Source of the DNA: Selaginella moellendorffii
Taxonomy: Eukaryota > Plantae > Lycopodiophyta
Direction of reading: 5' to 3'
DNA length: 64,000 nt
Assembly: GCF_000143415.4 (NCBI RefSeq)
Contig: NW_003314323.1
Coordinates: 1,058,499 to 1,122,498, forward strand
Position numbers and translations under genes: made by a program. The notes below the pieces were generated by a model. It ran no database searches and was not told the origin of the DNA. It saw nothing but the letters and a program-made list of their open reading frames with translations. Positions 22,231 to 34,500 of this stretch are shown one piece after another (position 1 is the first letter of the stretch; every line of letters begins with the position of its first letter).

Positions 22231-25200
22231 ATGGCCTCCGCAAGTGTGACGCATGTTCCCTCCGTGGATCTTAAGAATCGTGCTACATGGATTCAGGCAA
22301 AGGTGTTTCTAAACAACCCCGAAAGGGGGGGGGAAGGTGGTAGCTGAGGGCTTAGCCACAGTTTGTCGATCCAAGAGAATGCGGTTGCTAATCAAGAATT
22401 GGGCTGGGATGATATTGGAGTTGCGATTTTAGAGGTTGTTTTGAAAAACCACCAGAAGAAAACAGTTCTTGGGGACACCTAAATTGGGAAGCATTGTGCC
22501 CTCGGTGGAAATTGAGGCACTTAGTGTTTGAGAATGTGGAAAAGGATTTTCAAAACAATCCCAAACACCACTTACAACCTGATGACAGAACCACATTTCT
22601 CTTTCCATGGGATGCGGTTGCTAATCAAGAATTGGGCTGGGATGATATTGGAGTTGCGATTTTAGAGGTTGTTGACACAGAAGAAAACAGTCTGACTATT
22701 GGAAGCATTGTGCGGTGGAAATTGAGGCACTTAGTGTTTGAGAATGTGAAGGATTCACAATCAAACACCACTACAACTGATGACAGAACATCTCTTCATG
22801 GGAAAAGAAAGTACACCTTCCTAAAGCGCAGCCAAAGGGATCTGAGCAACGAACCGAAAAGGCAGAAAATGGCGATGGAGGTTCGAATGGTCTCGACAGT
22901 TGCTTGTTGCAAGAGGAGGTGCTGTCAACATGCTGATTGGGATGCTATTGAAGAGGAGAGAGCAAGATACAAGACATTGTCTTGGAAGGCAGCTTGCAAT
23001 TTTGTGTATGAGGCATTACGGTCATCTGTTGATGCTTCAGAACATCAGGTGGGGGGCATGGTCTTCCAGAGGGGTTTGGTCTGCATGAAGGCATGGAGAA
23101 TCATTTATGGAGTCCCTCAAACCACATTCTACAGAATCAAAACTGAGTTCGAGGAACAAAGGGTTCAACAGGCAGTCCATGGGAACGACGGTACTCACAA
23201 AACCAGGGGTCATGTTGTATATGGAGAGGCAATCTTCAAGAGGTTTGTCGAGACATGTAGCGAGCAACAACCACATAAAACCCGCCTCTTGGAAGATGGA
23301 ACTCGAGACACCCAACGAGTTCTCCCTTCCATGTATACCAAGGGGGCCATATTGGAAGATATGAATATAAACTCCAGAGTAATGGCTACAGGAAGCTGAG
23401 CCAATTTAGATTTAGTAGATTGTGGAGCAACAGGTTCAGGGATGTGAGTATAGGAAAGTACTCCAGCTTTTCAAAGTGTGACGAGTGCACTGCTATCAAA
23501 ATGGCTTTGTCGAAGAATTCTTGCATCGCTCAAGAGCGAGAGACGTTGGTTAGAAGGTGGCTCGACCACAACATCGAGCAGAGAAGCTGCAGGACTGCAT
23601 ATTATCATAACAGGATTCTCTCCATGGAGAGACCTGACTCTTACCTCTGCATCATCCACGATAAAATGGACCAGAAAAAGACGTGCTTACCTCGACTCAA
23701 TCCTGCCCCCAAGGCAATCTCTTCATCCATGCAACTGCCTGTGTCTCTGTTTGGCATAATCGCTCATGGGCATGGTGCCCAGAACTATGGGAACTTCTTT
23801 GTACCTCTATGGGGTGGTGGGGGTGCAAACATGATGATTGCGTCCCTAGCAAAACACTTAAGGTCTCTGCAAAGTGCGCAGACTGAGCTGAACGGCCAAC
23901 CCTTGCATAAGGCCCTTGTCGATCGAACCCCATACAGGGTTCAGCTGGAGGAGGAGCAAAGGCTTGCAGTATCGCGTGGGGCCCCATGCCATCCCAGTGA
24001 ATATGTTGGCCGTCAGATTGTAGGGTTATCACGTGAGGCCTCATGCCATTCCGACGAGGCTGGTCTCCCGGTGAATGCACAGCCTCATCTTAACGAAGTA
24101 GAATCTCAAGGAAGTTCTTGCGGCCGATGTGGCCTTCCACCCCATCTTCTGCTCCAAACAGACAATGCTGGCAGTGAGAACAAAAACATGTACGTCTTCG
24201 CGTACTTGGCAATGCTTGTTGCCAAAGGCATATTTGAAACGGTTACACTTGGCTTTCTCATGGTTGGGCACACTCATGAAGACGTCGATGCCATGTTCAG
24301 TCACTTGGCAGAGTCCCTCCAGCGATCCAATGTCCTCACCCTCCCACAACTCTACGATGAATTCCAAAATTGCATCAAAGGCACTGTTGAAGCTGCACTT
24401 GTGACAGAGGTTCCAGACTTTAAGGGGTTTGTAAGAGGCTACATCAGGGACGGATCCGAAATGTTGATTGGCCACTCGAAGCCTCTTCAGTTTCATTTCA
24501 GCATGCGTGACGGTGCTCCAGTGATGAGGTACAAGATGAGAGAATGGGACACAGTGTGGCTGCCAGTGGACGGCATTGAACTCTTCAAGAGAGATCCCAT
24601 AACTGGGGAACCTATAATTCCTCAGGGTTCCCCACGGCCGATGCACTCGGATGGACTCAAAGACCAGGAAAGTATAGTGGCCGGGATTAGACAGCATATT
24701 GCCTTCTGAAAGAGGGGGTTGGTGTTTGGTGGAGAATCCTATTTTCAGAGGTGCAAGCCTTTGATTGAATACTGGGAGAAGATTATATCTGCTATCCAAA
24801 ATGGGCCGGTTGTATATGAAGAATTGGAAGAGTCCTTTTGGCCAGAACCCAGAGCACCAGATAGTAGCGGAACAATGTCCTCTGGAAATGCAGTGACAGA
24901 TAACGATGTTGAGGATCACTATTGTGGGCCGAGGAACAAGAAGCCGGATTCAGCATTCAATCCAGTACAGGTCTGCAAAGGAATGGTCGTGCTTGTCAGA
25001 CCCAGTAATAAAAAACAAATGATATGGGTGGGGCGCTGCATCACTAATGCAGAGGAGGACGCGGAAACTAACTCCTTTAATGTAACTGTGGAGTGGTTCA
25101 AGCCAAGTTCCGGATATACGAAGGATTGCCTAGAAAAGAGATGGGTGCTGAATCCAAGGGATCCCAGCATGAGCATATTGGTGGATAATGTTGTGCATGG

Positions 25201-25370
25201 TTGGATGCGGAAGCAGAGTGCCACCATCACCTTGCCAGACCATGCAAGAGATGCAGCAAGAGCATTCATAACCCGGGTTCAAGGTGAGATTCATTAATAT
25301 TCCTTTACTAAGTTTCTAATGTATTTTATTTCAAGGTGAACAATCCGAATCTGAATCAGAGGAGGCATGA
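22231..25370 (+). pseudogene. Sola-like (DUF7869-type) DDD transposase, disrupted by stops/frameshifts
   Basis: CCKRRCC..VCMKAWRIIYGV..FYR; FSKCDEC..H; YLCIIHDKMDQKK; LQTDNAGSENKN; FLMVGHTHEDVDAMFS. Stops at 23397-23399 and 24707-24709. Probable final mini-exon GEQSESESEEA*. Confidence 0.8.
22381..22748 (+). repeat. ~230-bp tandem duplication in the 5' part of the transposase
   Basis: GCGGTTGCTAATCAAGAATTGGGCTGGG...GAGGTTGTT occurs at 22381 and 22614. CGGTGGAAATTGAGGCACTTAGTGTTTGAGAATGTG occurs at ~22503 and ~22713. Confidence 0.9.
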
Positions 25371-25908
25371 TGGCATGTGGCCTTACGCCATTCCTAGGTG
25401 AGATGATACAAATAACAAGTATAAATTCTTAGTTGTTCTAGCAAATCTTATTTAAAGTTCAAGGTGAACAAGCCGAATATGAATTCATTGGATTGTTATA
25501 ACAAATTGCGAGGTGATGGCATGAGGCGATACGCCATTTGAGAGTGGTAACCATTCCTATATGAGGTGAGTGAAATATTTATTAGAAATACCTCATTCAA
25601 TTGTGCACTTCTAAGTCTTGGTCCACTCAGTATTGTTTGCATGTTTTTATTTTAATTCTTTCTCTAAAATGTTATTTAGCATGTGGCTTCATGCCATTGC
25701 TCTCCACAATCATGCATTGAATTTTTCTATCCTTGCATAATACTTCTCCATATATATAGCATGTGCGCACATGTGATATGGTTCATTAGGCCTGATATAG
25801 TGTGTGAGGTAAAACAAAGATGATGTGACATATGCATTTACCAATCACACGTGCATAAATCTAATAATATGGCGTGTGGCCCATATTAATGGCACATAAA
25901 CCCATATT

Positions 25909-26268
25909 GTGGGCTTACGTGCTTTATGTACCATCATTCCCTTGCAGCGTGTGTGTTGGTTTCCTTTTATAACACAACGAACTCCATATTTTAGGGTGAA
26001 GAGCGTTCTCATGGCAAGCACAAAATCTGTAAGTGAGGCAGAAAAGGAGACGGAGAAGGAGATAGGTGAAGATGTAGAATATATAAGTCTTCCAAACTCC
26101 CCGTACTATACTCCAGGTGATCATTTTTCTGAACAAACGGCAACATTAACAACTATCGAGAACGCCCCAGTAACGTCAGAGACAACAATCCAAAGCAAAA
26201 CAACTGACCCGGAGAAAGATGATAGTACCGCTAAGAGTACCAAAAAGGAGGTGTCCACTAGCACTTAG
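25909..26268 (+). other. Short S/T/E/K-rich ORF inside the TIR element, function unknown
   Basis: ORF track only; ATG at 26011 follows a TTTTAG acceptor-like site. No recognisable domain. Confidence 0.25.
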
Positions 26269-28566
26269 GCTTATAATGGCGTGTGCCTTCATGCCATTTA
26301 CTTGATCACCAAATACCTTTTTCCCTTTGCACTAGTATATCTTAATACCAGTCTGAGAAATAGAATGGCATGTGCCCTCAGGCCTTTTACTAAATCACCT
26401 TTGAAAGAAATGCAAGCCTCTATGTCATAAAAAAAAGGTACTAGAGAAATTCCTTAATAATATGAATGTTATTTAGTTTCATGAAAATACACTAAAGGTC
26501 AAATGAGTTAAATGACTTCTCCAGACTAGCAATGCCTCTTGCTACACCTTCACAATTAGATTCGTTAGAAAAAGATAACATTGAATAATATCTAAATGTT
26601 CTCACCATTAAGTTATATGTCTGGCTAATAGGAATGACGTTCATCTTGGAAAGCTCACCACACGCTCAATGAACAAACAAATAGTGTGTGCGTGCATGCC
26701 ATCGCTCTTCTTTAGCTTCAGATTCGGCTTGTTCACCTTGACAATGAGATTTATTATACAACCAGATGGACTCAGTTTGGACACAAAGTCACCGCGCTAG
26801 TCACCATGCCCCAGATATGTCTAGCCCCTGGACAAAAAACATATAATTTCACGTCATTTTCAAATACTTGAAAATTTGTACCTAGTCCCATTTTACTGAA
26901 TAAATCCCACTTTAACGAAATAAAACATATTGGTGGAGGTGATGGATTTGACAATATCGAGAAGAGCTGTCTATTCCTTCCTTACCGTCATATCATGCTG
27001 CCATGGGACGGGACCAGGATTGAGTGTGGAGCACCAGTGATGACTCCCAGGGGTAGCTTGACAGGTGTGGTGGTGGGATTTGGGAAGCTCAGGAATGACC
27101 AGAGGAGTTCCAAGAAACTAAAGCTGCCATACAATTTTCCCATCACCAAGGGAGACTTTGGTGCTTCTTGAAAGGAGTGCCGGAATCCATCACCGAAGGC
27201 AAGCTTGTTGAGGCATTTGTTTGTTCTTAGAGTGATTTTGTTTGTTTGCAGATTGCAGGGCTGGGGTGGAAGTGAATTTCTTGGTGTACTAAAATACTGT
27301 CAAAGGCATGATTAGCTTGCCAGCAATTGAATGGAGGGTATGTTTCTACTAGTATAGTCCTTGTTAGGCAAAGAACTTATATAGTTGGGACTTGTTTAAG
27401 ATAAGAATTGCTTCATAATAGGGGAGTTATAGAACTTCTTTCTCTACACTTTGGAGTTGGTACAATTGTTTGGCTAGTGTAGCTGTGTGACTATGCCATT
27501 TAGGAAGGGGGAATAATGGAACTCACCTTGATTGGGTGACATCACTAATAGATATTTTGCCACATGGCTAATTGCATGGAGAGCTTTTCCAAGAATGCAA
27601 AAGCATGAAGTTAATGAGAGAACTAGAGTTCCAGATAGAGATTTAAAGACCCAATAAGCCCCTTAATTGCACACACATACAATTCCCAGCCACTAATCTC
27701 CCCACAACATTGTTCATTGAAAACATTTCCTAGCCAAGAAAATGTGGCATTTTATTCTTAGCTCTTAAGATCTATTTGGGTTTATAATTATCCTCTGGCT
27801 GCTTTGATTCAGTAGGATCTCTACCAAAATTGAGACTAAGAGGTGCTGTGCTACACAAATTCCATTGCACTCCACCCAATCAAGAATCTAGTGAGTTGTA
27901 AGAGAAACAAATAAGGATTACTTGATGAAAATGCTTAAGGACATTTTGTTGCCATTGGCTAACTGTGAGCTATAATCAAAGCTCTTTTAAAACACTCCAA
28001 AACTCAATAAAAATTGAGTGCAATCTCACTAACACTCATAATCTTCTCATTGCTCACTAAGATCACTTTAAAAGCACTTTTAAACAATATTAAACACTAT
28101 TAATCACATCAAGAAAGGGGTAAAGCCTAATTTAACCCTTCTTTGCTATTTTTATAGTCGGCTCTCCTACTGATTTCCTCCAAATCTTTACTATCCTTTA
28201 GTGTAAATTCTCCTCCTATAACTTCTATGGAATATTTGTGCATCTCCATGTCACACCATAGATGCTATATTGATTAAACATGACTTCTATGGTTTCTAGG
28301 GTTTAGATGGCATATTTAAATTGGCACAACTATGCTATTTTACCACCACCTAGGATGCAATGCAATTGCATCCTACTTCTTCAAGTCCTACTTAAGCCTA
28401 TACTTCTTTGCTAATTCCAAGTAGGAGATTAAGATTAACAAAATTAATTTAGGAATCTCCAAGCCTATCCCAACCTTTTATTTCAGCATTATCTTGATGC
28501 TAGCTTCCCTTAGCCCTATCTTTGCCACTTGTTTAGTAGGTGACCCCATCTCTTGCATTGTCATCC

Positions 28567-29121
28567 TGTAGCGCATGAGGTTTTTACCTTTTATCCTATG
28601 GTGATTTACCATAGGATAACACCATGAAGCAGAACCTAAACCCTCCATGTGCCATGTATCTTATGCCACGTGTTACATGCCACGTGTCCATAGGACAGTG
28701 GTGTGGAACCCAAGGTTTAGGGCCTTGGGCCACTAAACGAAGGAACGGTGCCAAACTCCCAAATATGGAGCCAAGAAGTGATGGAACCGGACCATGGAGC
28801 AACTCCTGAGCATACAGCCCAAGGAGCGAAGGAACAGGAGCCTAGAGTGACTTGGAATAGTCTTAGAGCAACTAGCATCTCAATGCCAGGACTAGCATGC
28901 AAAACAGAGCCAAATGGAGTCTGGCGCTATTTCGACATACCGGTGGCCTAATGTGAGGATATGGGTACACCACCAGCTAGCATGGAATAGAACTTGGGCT
29001 TAGACCCAAGTCGGACACAAAACAAGGACAGGCACGCAAACGAAAGCTAGACTATGCCTCAGGTTGGTTGGCCATGCTTGACCTACCCACTATCCCTACT
29101 ATACATTTGGAACCCCCCACA
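28567..29121 (-). mobile_element. LTR family C, 3' LTR (~550 bp) with an adjacent polypurine tract
   Basis: TGTAGC...CACA termini. A C-rich tract (PPT on the minus strand) lies at ~29123-29145. A homologous copy is at 60289-60833. Confidence 0.8.
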
Positions 29122-29465
29122 GCCCCCCCCTCCCTCCCCCCCTTTGAGGAACACACGCTTTGAGCTTTCACCCCAAGCCTCCTTTAATATAAAGGACAAG
29201 CTTGAAACTTACTAAATATGGAATGTCCTTAGATTGCGAATTTGGACACGGGACGAACACCATTGTGTTCAATACAATCTCTACATTCCGTAAATATGCC
29301 AAATGAGCAAATCTGGACACTTTCCATAAATAGCATTTAGGACCGAAATGAGACTAAAACAAAGGGCATGATAGCAAAGGTGTTTGGCAGACACAGTAAG
29401 TTCTCTTTTGCTTTGTCTTGCACTGGCTTGGCAAGAACCATCGCATATTAAGATTAGTCCCTCAA

Positions 29466-29519
29466 TATTGCTGGATGATAGCTCGAGCTGGATTTCTGGA
29501 GGAGGCCGAGGAGATGGTG
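29466..29519 (+). pseudogene. PPR gene fragment inside the internal region of LTR family C
   Basis: YCWMIARAGFLEEAEEMV resembles the PLS-PPR HYxCMVDLLxRAGxLxEA motif. Very short, so it may be chance. Confidence 0.4.
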
Positions 29520-31588
29520 GCCGTCAAACTTAGAAACAGGAGGCAGGAGCTTTCATCATCCCGAAGTAGTGGTGGCAGACGAGCACGATATTCCAGAGCT
29601 CTAAGTTGCATAGCGGATCGATGATACTTGAGTAAGTTATCTCATCTGGCTCCAAACCAGCGTCAAGTGAGGCCTTGAGGATGATAATTGCTTCGTAGGC
29701 TGAGTATGCTTAGCTAGAAACACATAGGAGTTCCTACCTTATTGTAAATGACTAATTTTTTCCATTTTACTTAAGTCACTTAACTGCACTTCCGACCATT
29801 TGGAGGAGTCTCATTTGCAACCTCCATAAGTCCCTTTCAGGACTTGGGGCTTGCTAGCCCCGAGAATGGCATCTATAACACTCAACGTTTGCATTTGGTC
29901 CAAGTGCTCCACGTGTCCGGTCCCATGACCGACACTCCAAGGCATCACCAATATACTAGCCCGTTACGCTAGGCTATGCCTAATCACCTTGGTCACATCG
30001 GTGGTCCAACACCACCTGCATTGCAATTCCGTCTTTCCAAGACTGGGCCATCCGTCTATGAGTGGTCATTCTAGATCCACTCCTTAGCATCCTTAGGATG
30101 CCCACAGATATAGGGAATAGCCTTGCCCAATATTTCCTTTCTGGTCCCCACCAAGTCCCTCTCTATCCTTGGCCGTGTTCACCAACACTGCCACTGGATC
30201 AAGGCCCACAGGCCCGACCACTAAGTCCCATGGTCCTTTGGGACTTCCTCACCACACGACTGTATTCTTGGTCACTACACCAGAGGACTACTCCTCTTCC
30301 TTTCCACAGTCTGGGCCTTTGAGACAACATTTCGGAACACCATGGCCTTACGCAAGCCTCATGGGTACTCTCTCCGCCTTCCGCCTTTGGGTGCTCTAGC
30401 CATGGGCTTAGAGCGAGATTCCGTTGAGCCATGCCTGGTATCCAAGTAGGTAGTGCCACCCACACTTGGACTGGGAGCATCGGCCAGTCGATCTCCAAGG
30501 GGAACTAGAGTTGGCTCTTGAACATTTCACCAAGCTACCGTGTTTGTCGGTCTGTGTTCACTCTAGTCTTGAACTTCCCAGTGGGCAGCTCATCACCCAA
30601 CACTGGGTACAGCCTTCCTGGGCCAAACTGGCCTTTCCTGGCCAAACTGGCCTTTCCTGGCCAAACTGGCTTCACTGCAGTCTTCCCCTTTACTATACTT
30701 TTGGAGTTCACCAAACCCACCAGGGTCTGGGGAGACGAATGCTTTGGGCTTTCACCCTCTCGGACTTGGACTCGGACTCGGACTCGGACTCCATCTCGGG
30801 TCCTTCTCGGACTCCATCTCGGATTCCATCTCGGGTCTATCTCGGACTCCATCTCGAACTCCATCTCGGACTCCGTCTCGGTCCATCTCGGACTCCATCT
30901 CGGACTCCGTTTCGGTCCATCTCGGACTTCATCTTGGACTCCATCTCGGACACTTCCACGTGTCATGTGTTGGTCCTTTTGGGTCCCTTTTTAGAGCCTC
31001 GTTTATTGCTTGCTTCATGCTCATTCCTTGAGCACTTTGTTGGGAGTTCCACTCCCGCTCTCGACCTTTCAAGGTGGAGCTTTTAGTCCAAACGTGTTAC
31101 GCTCATTTGGCTTTCGCTTCGGCCACTACCACGTGGCGTCTTCCAGCTCCACTTTGGGGTCTAGGGATTTTGTGTCTCACAACTCCACCACCCATAGACA
31201 AAGCTCAATGTCCTCATGAACGGTAAACCCTTTTATAAAGTAACACCCGCATGTATTACCATTTCCATCTTTGGCACCCAACCAATATTTGACTATGGTT
31301 TGACACCGAAAGCTCACCATGCCTTGTTTATCCTCTAAGGAGCATAGTCTCTTCAACATAGAGACTCACTCAACCATCTGGGGTGGTTTGCTCCATTTTA
31401 TTGGTTCAGTTCTAGCTAAACCTGTTAAAGACCACCTCTCTAACTCAATTCCACTACTCATTCTTGAGTTGTCTCAGATTCTATTGACATAACCTTTGCA
31501 CTTTGGAACTTTTAATTTTGACTTCTCAGAGTCAATTTCTTAGGTGTCTCCGACACCTTACATTGCACATGGTGCAACTCCACTTCCC

Positions 31589-34500
31589 TGTGAGACACAA
31601 AATCCCTAGGCCCCAAAGTGGAGCCGAAAGGGTGCCACGTGGTAGTGGCCGAAGCGAAAGCCAAACGAGCGTAACACGTTTGGACTAAAAGCTCCAACTT
31701 GAAAAGGTCGAGAGTGGGAGTGGAACTCCCAACGAAGTGCTCGAGGAATGAGCACAAAGCGAGCAATAAGCGAGGCTCCAAAAAGGGACCCAAAAGGACC
31801 AACACATGACACGTGGAAGTGTCCGAGATGGACCCGAGATGGACCCGAGTTGGAGTCCGAAGTGGAGTCCGAGAAGGACCCCGAGATGGAGTCCGAGGTG
31901 GAGTCCGAGATGGATCCGAGATGGAGTCTGAGATGGACCTAAGATGGACCCAAGATGGAGTCTGAGATGGACCCGAGGTGGAGTCTGAGATGGACCCGAG
32001 ATGGAGTCCGAGATGGACCCGAGATGGAGTCCGAGATGGACCTGAGGTGGAGTCCGAGATGGACCCGAGATGGAGTCCGAGATGGACCCGAGATGGAGTC
32101 CGAGATGGAGTCCGAGATGGAGTCCAAGATGGACCTGAGATGGAGTACGAGATGGACCCGAGATGGAGTCCGAAGTCGAGACCGAGACCGGGACCGAGAC
32201 TGGGACCGAGACCGAGACCGAGACCGGGACTGAGACCGAGACCGAGACCGAGCCCGAGGCCGAGACCGAGCCCGAGTATGGTTTGAGTCCGAGTTCGAGT
32301 CTGAGTCCGAGTCTGAGTCTGAGTCTGAGAAGGTGAAAGCCCAAAGTGTTTGTCTCCCAAACCCTGGGGGGTTTAGTGAGCTCCAAAAGTATAGTAGGGG
32401 GAGGATTGCAGTGGAGCCAGTTTGGCCAAGAAAGGAGTCCGAGATGGAGTTCGAGATGGACCTGAGATGGAGTCCGAAGTCGAGACCGAGACCGGGACCG
32501 AGACCGAGACCGAGACTGGGACTGAGACCGAGACCGGGACCGAGACCGAGACCGAGACCGGGACAGAGACCGAGCCCGAGACCGAGACCGAGCCCGAGGC
32601 CGAGACCGAGACCGAGCCCGAGTCTGAGTCCGAGTCCGAGTCCGAGTCCGAGTCTGAGAGGGTGAAAGCCCAAAGTGTTTGTCTCCCAAACCCTGGGGGG
32701 TTTGGTGAGCTCCAAAAGTATAGTAGGGGGAGGACTGCAGTGGAGCCAGTTTGGCCAAGAAAGGCCAGTTTAGCCCAGGAAGGCCGGACCCAGTGTTGGG
32801 TGATGAGCTGCCCACTGGGAAGTCTAAGACTAGAGTGAACATGGACTGACAAGTAGGGTAGTTTGGTGAAGTGTTCAAAAGCCGGCTCTAGTTCCCCCGA
32901 GAGATCGACTGGCCGATGCTCCCAGTCCAAGTGTGGGTGGCACTACCTACTTGGATACCAGGCGTGGCTCAACAAAACCTCGCTCTAAGCCTATGGCTAG
33001 AGCACCTAAAGGCGGAAGGCGGAGAGAGTACCCACGAGGCTTGCGTAAGGCCACGGTGTTCCGAAATGTTGTCCCAAAGGCCCAGACTGTGGAAAGGAAG
33101 AGGAGTAGTCCTCTGATGTAGTGACCAAGGATACAGTCGTGCGGTGAGGAAGTCCCAGAGGACCGTGGGACTTAGTGGTCGGGCCTGTGGGCCTTGATCC
33201 AGTGGCAGTGTTGGTGAACACGGCCAAGGACAAAAAGGGACTTGGTGGGGACAGGAAAGGAGATATTGGGGAAGGCTATTCCCCATGTCTGTGGGTATCC
33301 TGAGGATGCTAAGGAGTAGATCTGGAATGATGACTCATGGACGGATAGCCCTGTCCTTGAGAGACGGGACTATGATGCAGGTGGTGTTAGACCGTCGGTG
33401 TGACCAAGGTGAAGGGGCATGGCCTTAGCGTAACAGGCTGATATGCCGATGGTACCTTGGGATGTCGGTCACGGGATCGGACACGTGGAGCACTTGGACC
33501 AAGTGCAAAGGTTGAGTGGTAGGGATGCCATTCTCGGGGCTAGCAAGCCCAAGTCTGAAATGGGACTTATGGAGGTTGTGAGTGAGACTCCTCCAAGTGG
33601 TTGGAGGTGTGGTTAAATGACTAAAATAGAATGGAAAATTTAGTCGCTTACAACTTGGTATCGGAGCTGTTCCTTAGTCTGACTTTTATTGGTGCTCAAG
33701 TATATCACCACTGGTGTTGGCATTGAAAGGTCCGAGGAGTGGGCCTATCCTTGAGGAGTAGTAGGTCGGGAAGACATGACTCTCCATTACAGTTCATGTG
33801 TGAACTTGTAGACAACGTGGTGGATAGAAAAGGGCCAATAATAGAACGACTTTGGGATCTTGGGAACAGTGTAATGGTTTCCTTAAAGAATTGAGGATGT
33901 GATCCAGATGAGCGTTTGACGCAGTAAACCGGCTAATGTAGTTGTAGTAAACAACTATCGTTGGGATCACGGGCAAGATGCAGACTCCAAAACAATAAAG
34001 GAGTCACAAGATTACCCTTATATAGTTAGGGCTGGTGCTCATAAATTTGAGACCGGAATTGATGACCGTGGGAGGTCAAATACGGAAAGGGACACAAGTC
34101 CTTGAAATAATAGCCGGAATAAATGTTGGAACAACCCAAGGAGTTGGGGGTGTACTTAAAGGATGAGTTGGTATTTTCATCACATGGACAAGTGGTCATA
34201 AGGGGCAAAAGGTTGCCCCTAGAGAAAAAAAATCGAATGTCGGAGTAACACTTGCAAAAGACGGTCTTTGGAGTAGGACATGAATACAAAGAGTTGTATT
34301 CCAATGAGCTAGCACCTCAAAAGTAGGACCCATGGGTCATCGGATTAACAAAGTCAAAAAAGTTGAATAACTCCAATAGAGTCAAGGTATAATCTTAAGG
34401 GCTTGAGGAAAGCATTTGGACTGAGGTGTGTGGTGCCCCACGAAGGATGGGGAGGATCTTGAGATCCAAGCATGAGAACAGTGTGTATCTCATTGATGGC

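Larger units (their letters stand above)
16667..26702. repeat. About 20 dispersed 22-bp palindromes, consensus ATGGCRTGWGGCCWCAYGCCAT
   Basis: Copies at ~16667, 16959, 18036, 18111, 19792, 19852, 19929, 22057, 22127, 23971, 24028, 25370, 25516, 25676, 25756, 25869, 26276, 26365 and 26681. Confidence 0.88.
16575..26926. mobile_element. 10.35-kb TIR DNA transposon with a Sola-like transposase and a cargo gene
   Basis: Inverted termini GCTCTATTTCGTTAAAGTGGGA (16575) and TCCCACTTTAACGAAATAAAAC (ending 26926), with an 18-bp perfect core. Internal transposase and dispersed palindromes lie between the TIRs. No matching TSD (CCAA on the left, ATAT on the right). Confidence 0.82.

Noticed and set aside
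16667-26702. Palindromes as a CRISPR array or as MITEs
   Set aside because: Spacing ranges from ~60 bp to several kb, and I saw no TSDs around individual 22-bp copies.
26927-26990. ILVEVMDLTISRRAVYSFL as a continuation of the interrupted RT
   Set aside because: The resemblance is weak, the spacing is off, and no downstream RT motifs follow.
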